DNA of 64,000 bases from an uncultured Desulfobacter sp. (GCA_963665095.1 OY762069.1:928001-992000); one strand, 5' to 3'. Shown: positions 50,495 to 61,795, numbered from the stretch's first letter. Translations and numbers: made by a program. The notes: generated from the letters alone by a model not told the origin.

Positions 50495-51478
50495 ATGAAA
50501 AAAACGAGCATATGCTTGCTGGTTACCCTCATGCTGCTGTTTTGGATCTCTTCGGCTATCGGGAAAACCCGAACCATAAAACTTGGAACAATCGCTAAAC
50601 CTGGATCACCCAACTACATAGCATCTGAGAAATTCAAGCGTCTGGTGGAGGAAAGGTCCGGCCAGACCTGCAAAGTTGAATTATTTCACTCAGGTTCCTT
50701 TGGCAATGAAGTCCAGATACTCAACTTGCTGCAGACAGGCACCATCCATATAGCAGTGGCCACAACCGGTTCATTTGATAATTTTGATCCCATGGTTCGG
50801 GTGATTAATTTCCCCTTTTTGTTTAAAGATCATGCCCAGGCATACGAAATCCTGGATGGCCCTATAGGGCAACAGATTCTGAAAAGCCTGGAGTCCTCCG
50901 GGTTCAAGGGACTCTGTTTTTCTGAAAACGGTTTCCGGCACCTGACCAATAACGTAAGGCCAGTCATTCATCCCGATGACCTGAAAGGCCTTAAAATAAG
51001 AGTGATGGTCTCTGAAATTCACAAAGCTGTCTGGAAAGGACTCGGAGCCATTCCTGTTCCCTTGCCATGGCCCATTGACAAGGAACTTAAGCAGGGGGTT
51101 GTTGATGGAGAGGAAAACCCCTTATCAATCATTGAAGTCTATAAATTCTACGAATCTCAGAAATACCTCTCCCTGACCAAGCATGTTTATTCACCCCATA
51201 TTGATGTGGCCTGCCTCTCCTGGTTCAACCAGTTGTCCGGAGAAGAGCAGAACATGATCACTACAGCCATGAAAGATGCTGCAACATACCAGCGTAAACT
51301 ATCCAGGGAGCAGAACGCCGAACGTCTCGTTTTTCTAAAAGAAAAGGGCATGCAGATCACCATGGCTGTGGACGTTGACGCTTTCAGGAAAAAGGCAGCG
51401 GCAAAAGAGGTCATTGAGCAGTATTCAGATCCAAAGGTTCGAGCGCTCTTGTTTGACATATTAAAAGCCGTCAAGTAA
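50495..51478 (+). CDS. dctP: TRAP transporter solute receptor DctP
   Basis: ENGFRHLT, DLKGLKIR, GVVDGEENP. Confidence 0.9.
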   Translation: MKKTSICLLVTLMLLFWISSAIGKTRTIKLGTIAKPGSPNYIASEKFKRLVEERSGQTCKVELFHSGSFGNEVQILNLLQTGTIHIAVATTGSFDNFDPMVRVINFPFLFKDHAQAYEILDGPIGQQILKSLESSGFKGLCFSENGFRHLTNNVRPVIHPDDLKGLKIRVMVSEIHKAVWKGLGAIPVPLPWPIDKELKQGVVDGEENPLSIIEVYKFYESQKYLSLTKHVYSPHIDVACLSWFNQLSGEEQNMITTAMKDAATYQRKLSREQNAERLVFLKEKGMQITMAVDVDAFRKKAAAKEVIEQYSDPKVRALLFDILKAVK

Positions 51479-51483
51479 TTTTT

Positions 51484-51519
51484 AAAGGTGTTCCTCCAAG
51501 GCAGAGGAACACCTTTTTT
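51484..51519. terminator. Intrinsic (probably bidirectional) terminator
   Basis: AAAGGTGTTCCT...AGGAACACCTTTTTT between convergent genes. Confidence 0.75.
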
Positions 51520-51525
51520 AATCTC

Positions 51526-52371
51526 TCAGTACTCTTTGGGTGTCTGGTTCAGCTCTTCCAGAGTGAAAACCGGACCGTCCTTGCAGACCAGCTCTTTGCC
51601 GATATTGCACCGGCCGCACATGCCGATGCCGCATTTCATCCTGTTTTCAAGGGACATGATGATCTGGTCGTCCCGGTAGCCCAGGCTTTTCAGGGCGGGC
51701 TGGGTAAACTTGATCATGATGGGCGGCCCGCACACAATGGCATAACTGTCCGGTCCTGCTTCAGGAATTTTTTGCTCCACAATGGCCGGGACAAAACCGG
51801 TATTGTATTTCCAGTCCGGGTCATCCGTGCCGTCCACCGTGATGTTCATGTTGATATCGTCTCTTTGTTCCCATTCATAAAGCTCATCCCGGTACAGCAG
51901 CATTCCGGGCGACCTGGCACCGTAGACCACATTGATGTTGCCAAATCTGGATCGGTTGGCAGTATCGAGAAGGAAGACAATGGATGAGCGCAGCGTGGTA
52001 AAGGCAAATCCGCCGCCAATGATGGCAATATTTTTGCCCTCAAGACGTTCCCAGGGAAATCCATTGCCCAAGGGGCCGCGGATTCCCATGATGTCACCTG
52101 TTTTCATCTTATGAAGGTGGGCGGTTACCTTGCCTGTTTTAAACACAGTGAATTTGACAAAGCCTTGTTCCACTGGTGAAGATGCGATGCCTATGGGGAT
52201 TTCTCCCACACCCGGAATGGACAGTTCTGCAAACTGGCCGGCAGTATAGGCGAAATTTTTTTCATCCTCTGGATCCAGGAAAACAAATTTAAAGGTCTTC
52301 AAAGATTTATCAACCGTGGCAACCTCAATATCATCAATTCTCACAGGGTAGGGGGTATAGGGATTTCTCAT
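51526..52371 (-). CDS. flxA: FAD/NAD(P)-binding flavin oxidoreductase subunit FlxA
   Basis: RGPLGNGF, CGPPIMIK, MKCGIGMCGRC...CKDGPVF. Confidence 0.85.
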   Translation of the reverse strand: MRNPYTPYPVRIDDIEVATVDKSLKTFKFVFLDPEDEKNFAYTAGQFAELSIPGVGEIPIGIASSPVEQGFVKFTVFKTGKVTAHLHKMKTGDIMGIRGPLGNGFPWERLEGKNIAIIGGGFAFTTLRSSIVFLLDTANRSRFGNINVVYGARSPGMLLYRDELYEWEQRDDINMNITVDGTDDPDWKYNTGFVPAIVEQKIPEAGPDSYAIVCGPPIMIKFTQPALKSLGYRDDQIIMSLENRMKCGIGMCGRCNIGKELVCKDGPVFTLEELNQTPKEY

Positions 52372-53444
52372 ATTGTTTCTCCTGCCTTTGCTTCGAGTTG
52401 TGGCTCGTATGCATTCATCACATTACCGATGTGGCGGATGTCGATGTTTGCCGGACATTTTTCCACACACCGTCCGCACCCGATGCACATGATTCCCATG
52501 TCATATTTTTCTTCAAAATATTTGAGCTTGTGCATGAACCGCTGTCTGAACCGGGTCACTTTGTCCTGTCTGGGATTGTGTCCGGATGCATGTTTGGTGA
52601 AAAGTGCGGGCATGCAGGAGTCCCAGTTTCTGATTCTGGCTACGGCTGTGCCATGGGTTTCATCCTGAATGTCAAAACACCAGCAGGTGGGGCAGACATA
52701 GGCGCAGGTGCTGCAGCTGATACATGAAAATGACAAATCTTCCCAGAATGGGGCGTTATACAGCTCAAGCACGGTTTTTTTCTTAATATTTTCCGTGTTG
52801 ATGCTGCAGGAGACTGCCTCATGGGCCTTTGTTTTCATCTCCTTTATGGTTTGATCTGCTGCATCCTGATCAGCCAGGTCATTAAACCCTGCAGTATCCA
52901 GAAAGGCTTTTCCTTTATCTGTAATAACTTTGGCAAGGTAATGGTCTTTGCAGTCCACCAGCAGCACATCCAGATCCTCTTCTTCAAATGGGCCGGACCC
53001 GGCGCTGGTGGAAAAATCAAAGATGGAAGGGGTGTTCACCGCAAGGCCCACAAAGGTGGTTGCCGTATAGGCATCACACCAGTACGGATCGCGGTACTCG
53101 TTGGTGTCGAAATTAAGTTTCACAAGCTGAACCGCTTTGGCATCACAGGGGTGAATGCCGATCACAGCCCGTGGGGAAAGGTCCTGTTCCGGCGGTGTCA
53201 AGATATGATGATCTGTGACAGATTCATCCAGAGAGGTCTCAAGAATCTTTTGGGTTTGCGGGAAAAGAATTGATTTCGGGGAAAGCGTTGAAAGGGTGTA
53301 ATCCATGTCAGGATATACATCCGTACCAAGCAACTTGAATATGTGATGACTTTTATCTTTAACTGGGCCGAAAAGATTATAGTCCTCTCTGGCTTTATCT
53401 ATTCCGCCGGCCCAGGATGCCTTGTCTATTTTTATTATTTCCAT
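52368..53444 (-). CDS. flxB: 4Fe-4S protein FlxB (AsrA-like)
   Basis: CISCSTCAYVCPTCWCF, CIGCGRCVEKCP. Confidence 0.82.
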   Translation of the reverse strand: MEIIKIDKASWAGGIDKAREDYNLFGPVKDKSHHIFKLLGTDVYPDMDYTLSTLSPKSILFPQTQKILETSLDESVTDHHILTPPEQDLSPRAVIGIHPCDAKAVQLVKLNFDTNEYRDPYWCDAYTATTFVGLAVNTPSIFDFSTSAGSGPFEEEDLDVLLVDCKDHYLAKVITDKGKAFLDTAGFNDLADQDAADQTIKEMKTKAHEAVSCSINTENIKKKTVLELYNAPFWEDLSFSCISCSTCAYVCPTCWCFDIQDETHGTAVARIRNWDSCMPALFTKHASGHNPRQDKVTRFRQRFMHKLKYFEEKYDMGIMCIGCGRCVEKCPANIDIRHIGNVMNAYEPQLEAKAGETI

Positions 53445-53495
53445 ACTGATATCCTTAAGAGATTTCGTTGTTTGTATACATAAAAAGCGGGTCGG

Positions 53496-54443
53496 CTATT
53501 TGATATATTCATTGGAATCATCCGGATTAAACGTATCCAGAGGGGGCCGCTTCTCAATATCACAACCTGCTTCCCACCCATACATCTGGAAAACATCCTT
53601 ATTTAGCTTTCGTGTAAAAGCTCTGACATCGATATCCATGGGACAGGCCTCCACGCAAGCCCCGCAGTCGGTACAGCGGCCGGCGCAATGGTATGCCCGC
53701 AGAAAATGAAAGGTCCTGATATCGGTGGCATCCTGTCCCTTGCCCACCCACTGGGGATTGGATTCATCCACAAAACAGGTGGGGCAAAAGCACAATGGAC
53801 AGGCATTACGACAGGCGTAACACCGGATGCAGTTTTCAAACAGGTTATCAAACAGCTGCCATTTTTCATCCCGGTCCAGGGCTTCAATTTTGTCCACATC
53901 ACTGAACCGGTTTTCAATGGCAGGTTCAGTAACCAGCTCTGCTGCCAGCTGATCATAAATGACCGGATTTCTGTGTGTGCAAAGCGCACAGTTGGATTTT
54001 AGGAAATCATGCTTATTCAGGGTCTTTTGGTCATATTTCGTTTTAATGGCCATGGCATCACCGTCTTCGCTGAATTCTGTGATTTCATCGGGACATTCAG
54101 CGGTAATGAGCGCCTTGTCCACCATGCCTGTACAGGGCACTCCGATAATATGGAGCTGGTCCCGGGCAATTTTATTTTCAACGATATGACTGACAATATT
54201 TCTGGAATCACAGCCTTTGGCAACGATGCCAAGCTTTTCTTTCCGGTTGGTCAGGTAATTGGCCAGATTCAGACGACAGTTGCTGTCCCAGATCAAATCT
54301 TGTGCCTGTTCAGGGGTTTTTACCATGACAGGTACCGCAGACATGGGGATGGATCCGGCTTTAAATCCGATTACGGCATCCACCGTACCGTTTTCAAGCA
54401 GGGTGGCAGCAATTTCCCGGATTTTGGCGGTTATATTGTTCAT
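53496..54443 (-). CDS. flxC: 4Fe-4S protein FlxC (FdhB-like)
   Basis: CIRCYACRNACPLCFC, HCAGRCTDCGACVEACP. Confidence 0.82.
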   Translation of the reverse strand: MNNITAKIREIAATLLENGTVDAVIGFKAGSIPMSAVPVMVKTPEQAQDLIWDSNCRLNLANYLTNRKEKLGIVAKGCDSRNIVSHIVENKIARDQLHIIGVPCTGMVDKALITAECPDEITEFSEDGDAMAIKTKYDQKTLNKHDFLKSNCALCTHRNPVIYDQLAAELVTEPAIENRFSDVDKIEALDRDEKWQLFDNLFENCIRCYACRNACPLCFCPTCFVDESNPQWVGKGQDATDIRTFHFLRAYHCAGRCTDCGACVEACPMDIDVRAFTRKLNKDVFQMYGWEAGCDIEKRPPLDTFNPDDSNEYIK

Positions 54444-54454
54444 ATAGGGTCTCC

Positions 54455-54877
54455 TTAAACAGCTTTTTTCACAAATCGGTCATTGGGTCCTAGCGGCACG
54501 ATGGTCTCTGCAACTTCCCTTGCCACCTTGGCAAACTTGGTGGCCTCGGCAGAAGAGATCCATGAGAAGTGCAGTCGTCTTTTATCAATACCCATATATT
54601 CCAGCAGATTGCCCATGAGCAGGAACTTGCGCCTGGCATAGTAGTTGCCCTCAATGTAATGACACTCCCCGGGGTGACATCCTGAAATCCACACCCCGTC
54701 CGCCCCTTCCCTGAAGGCGGAGAGGATGAGTTTGGCGTCAATTCGTCCACTGCACGGCACCCGGATCACCCGGATATCGGTGGGGTACTGCATCCGGCTG
54801 ACACCGGCAAGGTCGGCGGCCCCGTAACTGCACCAGTTGCACAGAAAGGCCACGATTTTTATCTTTTTTTCAGCCAT
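54455..54877 (-). CDS. flxD: MvhD/FlxD [2Fe-2S] subunit
   Basis: FLCNWCSY.AADLAG, RVPCSGR, GCHPGECHY. Confidence 0.88.
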   Translation of the reverse strand: MAEKKIKIVAFLCNWCSYGAADLAGVSRMQYPTDIRVIRVPCSGRIDAKLILSAFREGADGVWISGCHPGECHYIEGNYYARRKFLLMGNLLEYMGIDKRRLHFSWISSAEATKFAKVAREVAETIVPLGPNDRFVKKAV

Positions 54878-54901
54878 TATATGAATCTCCTTATTGTCTT
54901 T

Positions 54902-57900
54902 TTACGCATTAACCGCCGTAATCTGAGAGTACAGTTGATTAAAATCAAATCCATTGAGGTGAATGGCCCCGGAGCGGCAGGAGGCCATGCACAGCCCGCA
55001 GCCTTTGCACAGAAGCGAGTTCACTGTGGCCTTGCCCTGGTTTCTGCCTTCCTCTTCAAAATGAGGCGCTGAATAGGGGCACACGGAGACACACACACCG
55101 CAGGAGCTGCAGATGGCCTGGTTGACATAGGCCACATTGCCGCTGGTATGGATCTGCTCTCTGGCAATCAGGGTCACGGCACGTGACGCAGCAGCCTGTC
55201 CATGGGCAATGGCTTCATCAATGGGTTTGGGATAGTGGGCCATCCCGCACAGGAACACCCCGTCTGTGGCAAACTCGGCAGGACCAAGCTTGGCATGACG
55301 TTCAACAAAGAAGCCGTCTTCGTTCAGGGGCACTTTGAAGAAATTGGCAAGCTGTTCATCTTTATTGGGTACAATGGCTGTGGCAAGGGTTAAAAGATCG
55401 GCCGTGATTTCGATATTCATATCCAGAACATGATCTTTTACCTTTACGACAACCTCCCCGTCGTTAAGCTGGACCACAGGTTTATTGTCCACCTCGTAGC
55501 GGATAAAAAGAATTCCCTGTTCACGGGCCTTCTGGTAGAGGTATTCCCGTTCTCCATATGTCCTGATATCCCTGTAAAGGATGTAGATATTCATTTCAGG
55601 ATTACGTTTTTTCAGCTCCAGGGCATTGTCCATGGAGTGCGTGCAGCAGACCCTTGAACAATAGGGACGGTCCGGTTCCCTTGATCCCACGCACTGGATG
55701 AATACCGCAGACTTCAGCTCTTTTAACGAGGGGTCATCAGATATGAACTTGCCATCCAGTTCCAGGCTGGTGATGATCCTGTCATCTTCGCCATAAGCGT
55801 ACTCTTCGGGTTTCAAGGGCAGGGCCCCTGTGGCAATGACAGCCACACCGTGTTCGATGGTGGCACTTTTGCCGTCAGATACAAGATCTGATTTAAAACT
55901 GCCCACAAAGCCTTCCACATTTTCAAGGGTGGTGTTCAGGTGAACATGGATATTTTCCTTGCTTTCAACCGCCTCAATCATGGCGGATGTCTCTTTCAGG
56001 ATATTTTCTCCCTTAAAGGTCTGGTACAGATTGTTGGCCTGGCCGCCCAAGCTGGCTGCACGTTCAACAATGTGTACGGTGTAGCCCTGGTCGGAAAGGG
56101 TCTGGGCCGCGGCCATGCCGGACAGTCCGCCGCCCACCACCATGGCGGTCGGGTTGATGGTGAGCTCGCCTTCCTGCAGGGGTTCCATAAGCGCCACCTT
56201 GGCCACGGACATGCGAACCAGATCCTTGGCTTTCTGGGTGGCAAGCTCAGGTGCCTCCTTGTGTACCCATGAGGCATGGTTCCGGATATTGGTCATTTCA
56301 AAGAGATATTTGTTCAATCCTGCATTGATCAGGGTCTCCTGGAACAGCGGCTCGTGGGTCTTGGGCGTACAGGCCGCCACCACGATGCGGTTGAGCTGTT
56401 TTTCCTTGATAATGCGGGTCATGGTGTCCTGGGTATCCTGGGAACAGGTATACAGGTTGTCGCAGGAGTACTCCACATAGGGCAGGTCAGCAGCATAGGC
56501 GGAAACTGCCGGCACATCGACGACGCCGTTGATGTTGGAGCCGCATTTGCAGACAAATACGCCGATCCTTGGCCGGTCACCCTGCACATCAATCTGGGGT
56601 ACAGGTTCGGGCTGGCGGGTCAGGGTGTTTCTGGCCGAACTGAGAAGTGCCCCTGCCTCACCGGCTGCTGCACTGGAATCCACAACGCTTTGGGGAATAT
56701 CCTTGGGTCCCTGGAACGCGCCGCAGACAAAGAAACCGGGGCGGCTGGTATGGACCGGAGAAAAGCTTGCGGTATCGGCAAAATGACCTTCGGTCAGGGA
56801 GATACCCAGTTTATCTGCCAGTTCCATATTCTGGGCCGTAATTTCAAGACCCACAGAGAGTACCACAATATCAAAAAGCTCTGTCTGCAGGGTACCTGTG
56901 TCATCCACATACCGGACTTTCAGTTCATCAGAATCCTGCAGGGGTTCGACACTGTGAATTCTTGAGCGGACCAGCCGTACCCCTTGTTTGGTGGCATTAT
57001 TCAAGGAGTGTTCAAAGTCCTTGCCATGGGTCCGCATGTCCATATAAAAAATGGTGCACTCAAGATCAGCTCCGGCATGTTCCTTGGCAATAACCGCCTC
57101 TTTCAGCGCATACATACAGCAGACAGATGAGCAGTATTTATGGTCGCACTGGTTGTTGTCCCTTGAGCCCACACATTGGAACCAGGCCACTTTCTTAGGT
57201 TCCTTGTGGTCGGACAGGCGCACCAGGTGACCCTGGGTGGGGCCGGATGCCGACAGCAGGCGTTCAAACTCCATGGCAGTCATGACATTGGCATGCTTGC
57301 CATATTGAAAGTGGGTGTAGCTGGACGGATCAAAGGGTTTAAAACCCGGTGCCATGATCACAGAGCCCACGTTAACCACTTTCTGGCCTGGTGTCTGCCG
57401 GTGGGTCTCCAGGGTAACCGCTTCAGCCAGGCAGGCATTGACACATTCATAACATTCACAACAGATCATGCAGTCAAGGCATCTGCCGGCTTCAGCCAGG
57501 GCCTGCTCTTCGGTAAATCCCAGTTCCACTTCGGCGAATCCGCCCAAGCGCTGGTCCATATCGATCCGTGCCATTATCTGCCGCGGGCTTTGGGTGATCT
57601 TTTCAGGAATTTTATTGAAATCTTTCTGGGCATACTCAATGGGCTCACGCCCCGCCTTGAGATCTTCCCCGTCCAGGAATCTGATCATAGAGACGGCAGC
57701 TTCTTTACCGGCCGCCACTGCGTTGATGGCAATGGAGGCCCCGGTCTGGGCATCACCACCGGCAAATACGCCTTTGCGGGAAGTCTCAAAGGAGATGGGA
57801 TCTGCTTCGATGTTGGCCCATTTGTTTATCTCAATACCAGTGGAGGTTTCAAGACATTTGGCGTTAGTTCTCTGACCAATGGCCGGGATGATATAATCCA

Positions 57901-59347
57901 CATCAAGAACGAAATCACTGCCGTCCACCGGTACAGGGCGGCGTCTGCCAGAAGCATCGGGTTCCCCTAATTCCATTCTGATGCACTTGATACCAACAGT
58001 TCTTCCATTTTCCACCACCACCTCTTTGGGCGCGGTAAGGAACTGGATATCCACGTTTTCTTCCCGGGCATCTTCAATTTCATCATCCCGGGCCGGCATT
58101 TCAGCCTCAGTGCGTCTGTAAAGGATGCTGACTTTGTCCGCACCGATTCTAAGCGCTGTTCTGGCCGCATCAATGGCCACATCACCGCCGCCAATGACTG
58201 CCACATGGCCTTTGAGCCCCTCAAAAGTGCCTAATGCCACATCCTTTAACAGGGTAACACCTGAGATAACGCCTTGGGCATCTTCACCGGCAATCCCAAG
58301 CTTCATTCCTTCATGACAACCAATGGCCAGATATACGGATTTATATCCGTCCGCCATGAGTGAATCCACAGTGAAATCACGTCCCAGGGCGGTATTAAAT
58401 TTAATCTCCACACCGGGTCTGCCGGTAATAAAATCAACTTCAGCGTCCAGTACTTTGGGGGGTAACCGGTAATCGGGGATGCCCACCTTGAGCATGCCGC
58501 CGGCCTTGGGAAGCGCCTCGAAAATGGTGACCTGAACCCCCTCGTTGGCCAGGAACCAGGCCGCGGTGAGGCCCGCAGGACCGGCACCGACTATCGCGAC
58601 TTTTTCATCCCGTGGGGTTACTTCCGGCAGTTCCAGGGAGCTTAAGTCCACCTGATCTGCAATGAAGCGCTTCAGGGTGCATATGGAAAGAGGTGCCTCC
58701 ACCTCCTGACGCCGGCAGGCATCTTCACAGGGGTGTGGACAGATACGGCCAATGGAGCCGGGCATGGGAAGGTTCCGGGTGATCACCTCCAAAGCCTGTT
58801 TGTATTTTTTCTGGGTCACCATTTTTACATAACCATGGGCATTGACCTCATTGGGACAGGCATTGGTACAGGGTGACCGGTCTTTTTTGGAGATGGAAAA
58901 AGCCCCGGGAACTGCCTGGGCATATGGTTTGTAGGTGGCTTCCCGCAGCCCCAGACCCTGTTCAAATACGCTGGGCAGCGTCACGGGACAGGCTTCGGCA
59001 CACTCCCCGCATCCCGTACACTTGCCGGCATCAATAAACCGTGGGGTCTGGTTCAGGGTGACTTCAAAATTGCCTGCGTCACCGGTAATATTTTCGATTT
59101 CGGACAGGGTTAGAAGTTCAATGTTCAAGTGGCGGCCAACCTCCACCAGTTTGGGCGACATGATACACATGGAGCAGTCATTGGTGGGAAAGGTCTTGTC
59201 CAGCTGAGACATGCCCCCGCCAATGGACGGGGTCTGTTCCACCATATAGACGTAGTATCCTGAATCCGCCAGATCCAGAGCCGCCTGAATGCCTGAAACA
59301 CCGCCGCCGGCTACAAGAACGGATCCAATGGTCTTTTGTTCATTCAT
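54902..59347 (-). CDS. hdrL: Large HdrA-like flavoprotein with an inserted NAD(P)H-binding GltD-like module (HdrL)
   Basis: LDKTFPTNDC, GRICPHPCE, GIPDYRLP, QCVGSR twice, CSSVCC and CSRVCC. Confidence 0.88.
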   Translation of the reverse strand: MNEQKTIGSVLVAGGGVSGIQAALDLADSGYYVYMVEQTPSIGGGMSQLDKTFPTNDCSMCIMSPKLVEVGRHLNIELLTLSEIENITGDAGNFEVTLNQTPRFIDAGKCTGCGECAEACPVTLPSVFEQGLGLREATYKPYAQAVPGAFSISKKDRSPCTNACPNEVNAHGYVKMVTQKKYKQALEVITRNLPMPGSIGRICPHPCEDACRRQEVEAPLSICTLKRFIADQVDLSSLELPEVTPRDEKVAIVGAGPAGLTAAWFLANEGVQVTIFEALPKAGGMLKVGIPDYRLPPKVLDAEVDFITGRPGVEIKFNTALGRDFTVDSLMADGYKSVYLAIGCHEGMKLGIAGEDAQGVISGVTLLKDVALGTFEGLKGHVAVIGGGDVAIDAARTALRIGADKVSILYRRTEAEMPARDDEIEDAREENVDIQFLTAPKEVVVENGRTVGIKCIRMELGEPDASGRRRPVPVDGSDFVLDVDYIIPAIGQRTNAKCLETSTGIEINKWANIEADPISFETSRKGVFAGGDAQTGASIAINAVAAGKEAAVSMIRFLDGEDLKAGREPIEYAQKDFNKIPEKITQSPRQIMARIDMDQRLGGFAEVELGFTEEQALAEAGRCLDCMICCECYECVNACLAEAVTLETHRQTPGQKVVNVGSVIMAPGFKPFDPSSYTHFQYGKHANVMTAMEFERLLSASGPTQGHLVRLSDHKEPKKVAWFQCVGSRDNNQCDHKYCSSVCCMYALKEAVIAKEHAGADLECTIFYMDMRTHGKDFEHSLNNATKQGVRLVRSRIHSVEPLQDSDELKVRYVDDTGTLQTELFDIVVLSVGLEITAQNMELADKLGISLTEGHFADTASFSPVHTSRPGFFVCGAFQGPKDIPQSVVDSSAAAGEAGALLSSARNTLTRQPEPVPQIDVQGDRPRIGVFVCKCGSNINGVVDVPAVSAYAADLPYVEYSCDNLYTCSQDTQDTMTRIIKEKQLNRIVVAACTPKTHEPLFQETLINAGLNKYLFEMTNIRNHASWVHKEAPELATQKAKDLVRMSVAKVALMEPLQEGELTINPTAMVVGGGLSGMAAAQTLSDQGYTVHIVERAASLGGQANNLYQTFKGENILKETSAMIEAVESKENIHVHLNTTLENVEGFVGSFKSDLVSDGKSATIEHGVAVIATGALPLKPEEYAYGEDDRIITSLELDGKFISDDPSLKELKSAVFIQCVGSREPDRPYCSRVCCTHSMDNALELKKRNPEMNIYILYRDIRTYGEREYLYQKAREQGILFIRYEVDNKPVVQLNDGEVVVKVKDHVLDMNIEITADLLTLATAIVPNKDEQLANFFKVPLNEDGFFVERHAKLGPAEFATDGVFLCGMAHYPKPIDEAIAHGQAAASRAVTLIAREQIHTSGNVAYVNQAICSSCGVCVSVCPYSAPHFEEEGRNQGKATVNSLLCKGCGLCMASCRSGAIHLNGFDFNQLYSQITAVNA

Positions 59348-60041
59348 AAACATCTCCTTGGAATTGTTTGTCGATATCCATTTCAGATTTGTGAGGTCTG
59401 CCTTTATCCAATGGGGTCAAATTTCGAAAATTAGACAACATGCGTCTTAAATCCTGGTGAGCGGGAGCTGAAAACGCCAATACCAGGAGAAAGTGTGCAA
59501 GCACTTGATGCAAGCGCTGTACGACAGGACATAGTAATTTTCGATAGGAAGTTTCCCAGAGGCCTGTGACAGCACGGCTCCGGGACCAGGCACCATAGAC
59601 AGGGCAGGTAGTCAGATTTCCATGGGGAACCAGCACATGTATCTTTTGCCTGATTCCGTGTTTCCGATTTTCAAGGCACGGAAGGCCTTGCATAATCATC
59701 CCTCCACGGGGTGAATCATTTAAAATTACTCAGGCCCATGTGCTGGAATAGAAGAGAAGTTGCAAGTTGTCAGGGTATTAATTTATAAACTGCAGGAAAA
59801 GAATCCATGACAACAACCGTTCCCCCTATGATATCCTGCTCTGCCGACACGGGCAGGGCCTGACAGTACTCATTGTCCTCCGGGGCAAACTGGCATGTTG
59901 TCCTCCTAATCAAGGATTTCGGTCGCAGTTCTTGATATTTCAGATTAAATTTGAGTATATAAAAACCAGATGATTTTCCAATTGATAATTCACAAGCCTT
60001 TGATGAATGTTATTGGAATATGCAATATAGTCTCCGTATTA

Positions 60042-60509
60042 TCAGCGGTGTGTGGTATAAATCCCTTTATGGCGCCATGGTCCCACCCGGGCAAAGATGG
60101 CGGTTAGACCCAGCAGCATGGCAGAAGCCAGATGAGTCCAGTCCACTAACATAACCACCATGGGGCTGAAGCCATGGTCAGGCAGATTCTTTACTGTGCG
60201 CAGCATCCCGGTTACCACGATCAATATAAGAAGCACTGTACGTATCCAGCCCAGAGTGGTTGGCCGCCAGTCTTTACGGTAATTTAAATAATAAATGGTG
60301 GCCATCCAGAAAAGCAGAACCAGAAAGAGTGCCGCAGCAATGTAGTGTATTTTATGAGTGGTATAGTAGGCTGCAAGCCACCCGAGTCCCGGAATATCCG
60401 CAATGTAGTAACGCTTGAAGATAGGCATCTGGGCCATGCCGGTCAGGGCTAAAAGCGTCATAAGGGCAAGCATTACCCTGTTCAGCCATTTGGGAAACAG
60501 GCTATTCAT
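60042..60509 (-). CDS. Four-helix membrane protein, partner of the Fe-S protein (possible heme b anchor)
   Basis: TG..QMPIFKRYYIAD; His residues in TM helices. Confidence 0.7.
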   Translation of the reverse strand: MNSLFPKWLNRVMLALMTLLALTGMAQMPIFKRYYIADIPGLGWLAAYYTTHKIHYIAAALFLVLLFWMATIYYLNYRKDWRPTTLGWIRTVLLILIVVTGMLRTVKNLPDHGFSPMVVMLVDWTHLASAMLLGLTAIFARVGPWRHKGIYTTHR

Positions 60510-61515
60510 GGGTTCCCTCCTTTGCTTTTGGTCCGGATTTTTCAGAATTTAAAAATTTTGCACCCGCAGTGAGAACGCCTGCCGCCACCCCGGCCACCGG
60601 GGCGGCCAGTGCTGCCATGCCAAGAATTTCGTCTCGGGCCATCATATCCTCCACCGGGTTCATATGTGGATTTCCCGGACCTGTTTCAATCGCCCGGGCC
60701 AAAAGAGTCATGGGTACAGGAGATACGTAGATGGTATTGGTCCCACCGTTTTCAAACTCACCATAGATGAAATCATTGGCATCCGCGCCATCGGCAAATG
60801 TTTTAGCCAGGGCATGGGCTTTGGCCAGAATCTCCTGCCTGGGACCAATGGACTGCACCTCTTCCGGGCACTGACTGATACAGGCCGGCACACCCCCTTC
60901 TGCCAGAAGATCAAAGCAGCGGTCGCATTTAAACATCACACCGTTTCCGGCAAATGCGGGCATCAGTTGAAGGTAGAGGCCGACACCTGTCTGGCGCTGG
61001 GGAATACTCCAGGGACAGACCGACTTGCATTTGGAGCCACCCAGGCAGATATCGGTATTTATACGCACAACACCATTGTACTCCCGGGCACAGGCCCCCC
61101 AGGGACACAGGTTTGCACAGGGTGGATTCTGGCAGTGCATGCAGCGCCTGGGAATGTTTATTTCATGGGACTGCCCGCGCCATTCCACTTCTGCAGTCTG
61201 AATTGTCAGCCAGTTATAGGGGGTGAGCCGGTCCTCCACATCCTGACGGTCTGACCAGTCTGCCACCTTGACCCGGCCGGGGTACATCTTTGGAAAGGGT
61301 TTTTTCGGTTCCGGATATTTTGATCCGTTTTGCTCAGTACAGGCTGAAACACACTCACCACAGCCTATGCACTTTGATAAATCGTGCAGGGTGGCAAGTG
61401 CTTCACCTTTCTGAGCCGCCCTGACAGTGCCGGGCAGAAGCAGGGATGCGCCGCCGACCGCAACACCTTTTAAAAACGCCCGGCGACTTACACCTGTCCT
61501 TTGATTTTTTTGCAT
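60502..61515 (-). CDS. Tat-exported 4Fe-4S dicluster protein (HybA/FdnH-like)
   Basis: SRRAFLK Tat motif; CIGCGEC, CMHC.NPPC, KCDRC. Confidence 0.85.
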   Translation of the reverse strand: MQKNQRTGVSRRAFLKGVAVGGASLLLPGTVRAAQKGEALATLHDLSKCIGCGECVSACTEQNGSKYPEPKKPFPKMYPGRVKVADWSDRQDVEDRLTPYNWLTIQTAEVEWRGQSHEINIPRRCMHCQNPPCANLCPWGACAREYNGVVRINTDICLGGSKCKSVCPWSIPQRQTGVGLYLQLMPAFAGNGVMFKCDRCFDLLAEGGVPACISQCPEEVQSIGPRQEILAKAHALAKTFADGADANDFIYGEFENGGTNTIYVSPVPMTLLARAIETGPGNPHMNPVEDMMARDEILGMAALAAPVAGVAAGVLTAGAKFLNSEKSGPKAKEGTHE

Positions 61516-61795
61516 ATTGACCTCCTGGGTCCGCATGTTGGTCTTTGATGGTCCACATGTTTATACTAACCGTATTGTGTCATTTTTTCTCTGGTATAAC
61601 TCAGGATATAGGATAGGAATTTCCTTTTTGTCAAGCGACCCGAGCCGCATGAACATATCAGGCTGGAAATTTTTGTGGCAAAGGATAAGCCTTACCTGGC
61701 TTTAAAGAAAAACATCTGTGAATCCATTTTTAAAATACTTTTGGACCCACAGATGTCATGGGGATTGGCCTGGAAACGGCCTGAAAAGTGTATTG

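Noticed and set aside
59340..59699. 119-aa ORF upstream of hdrL
   Set aside because: No recognisable motif or RBS; more likely a regulatory intergenic region.
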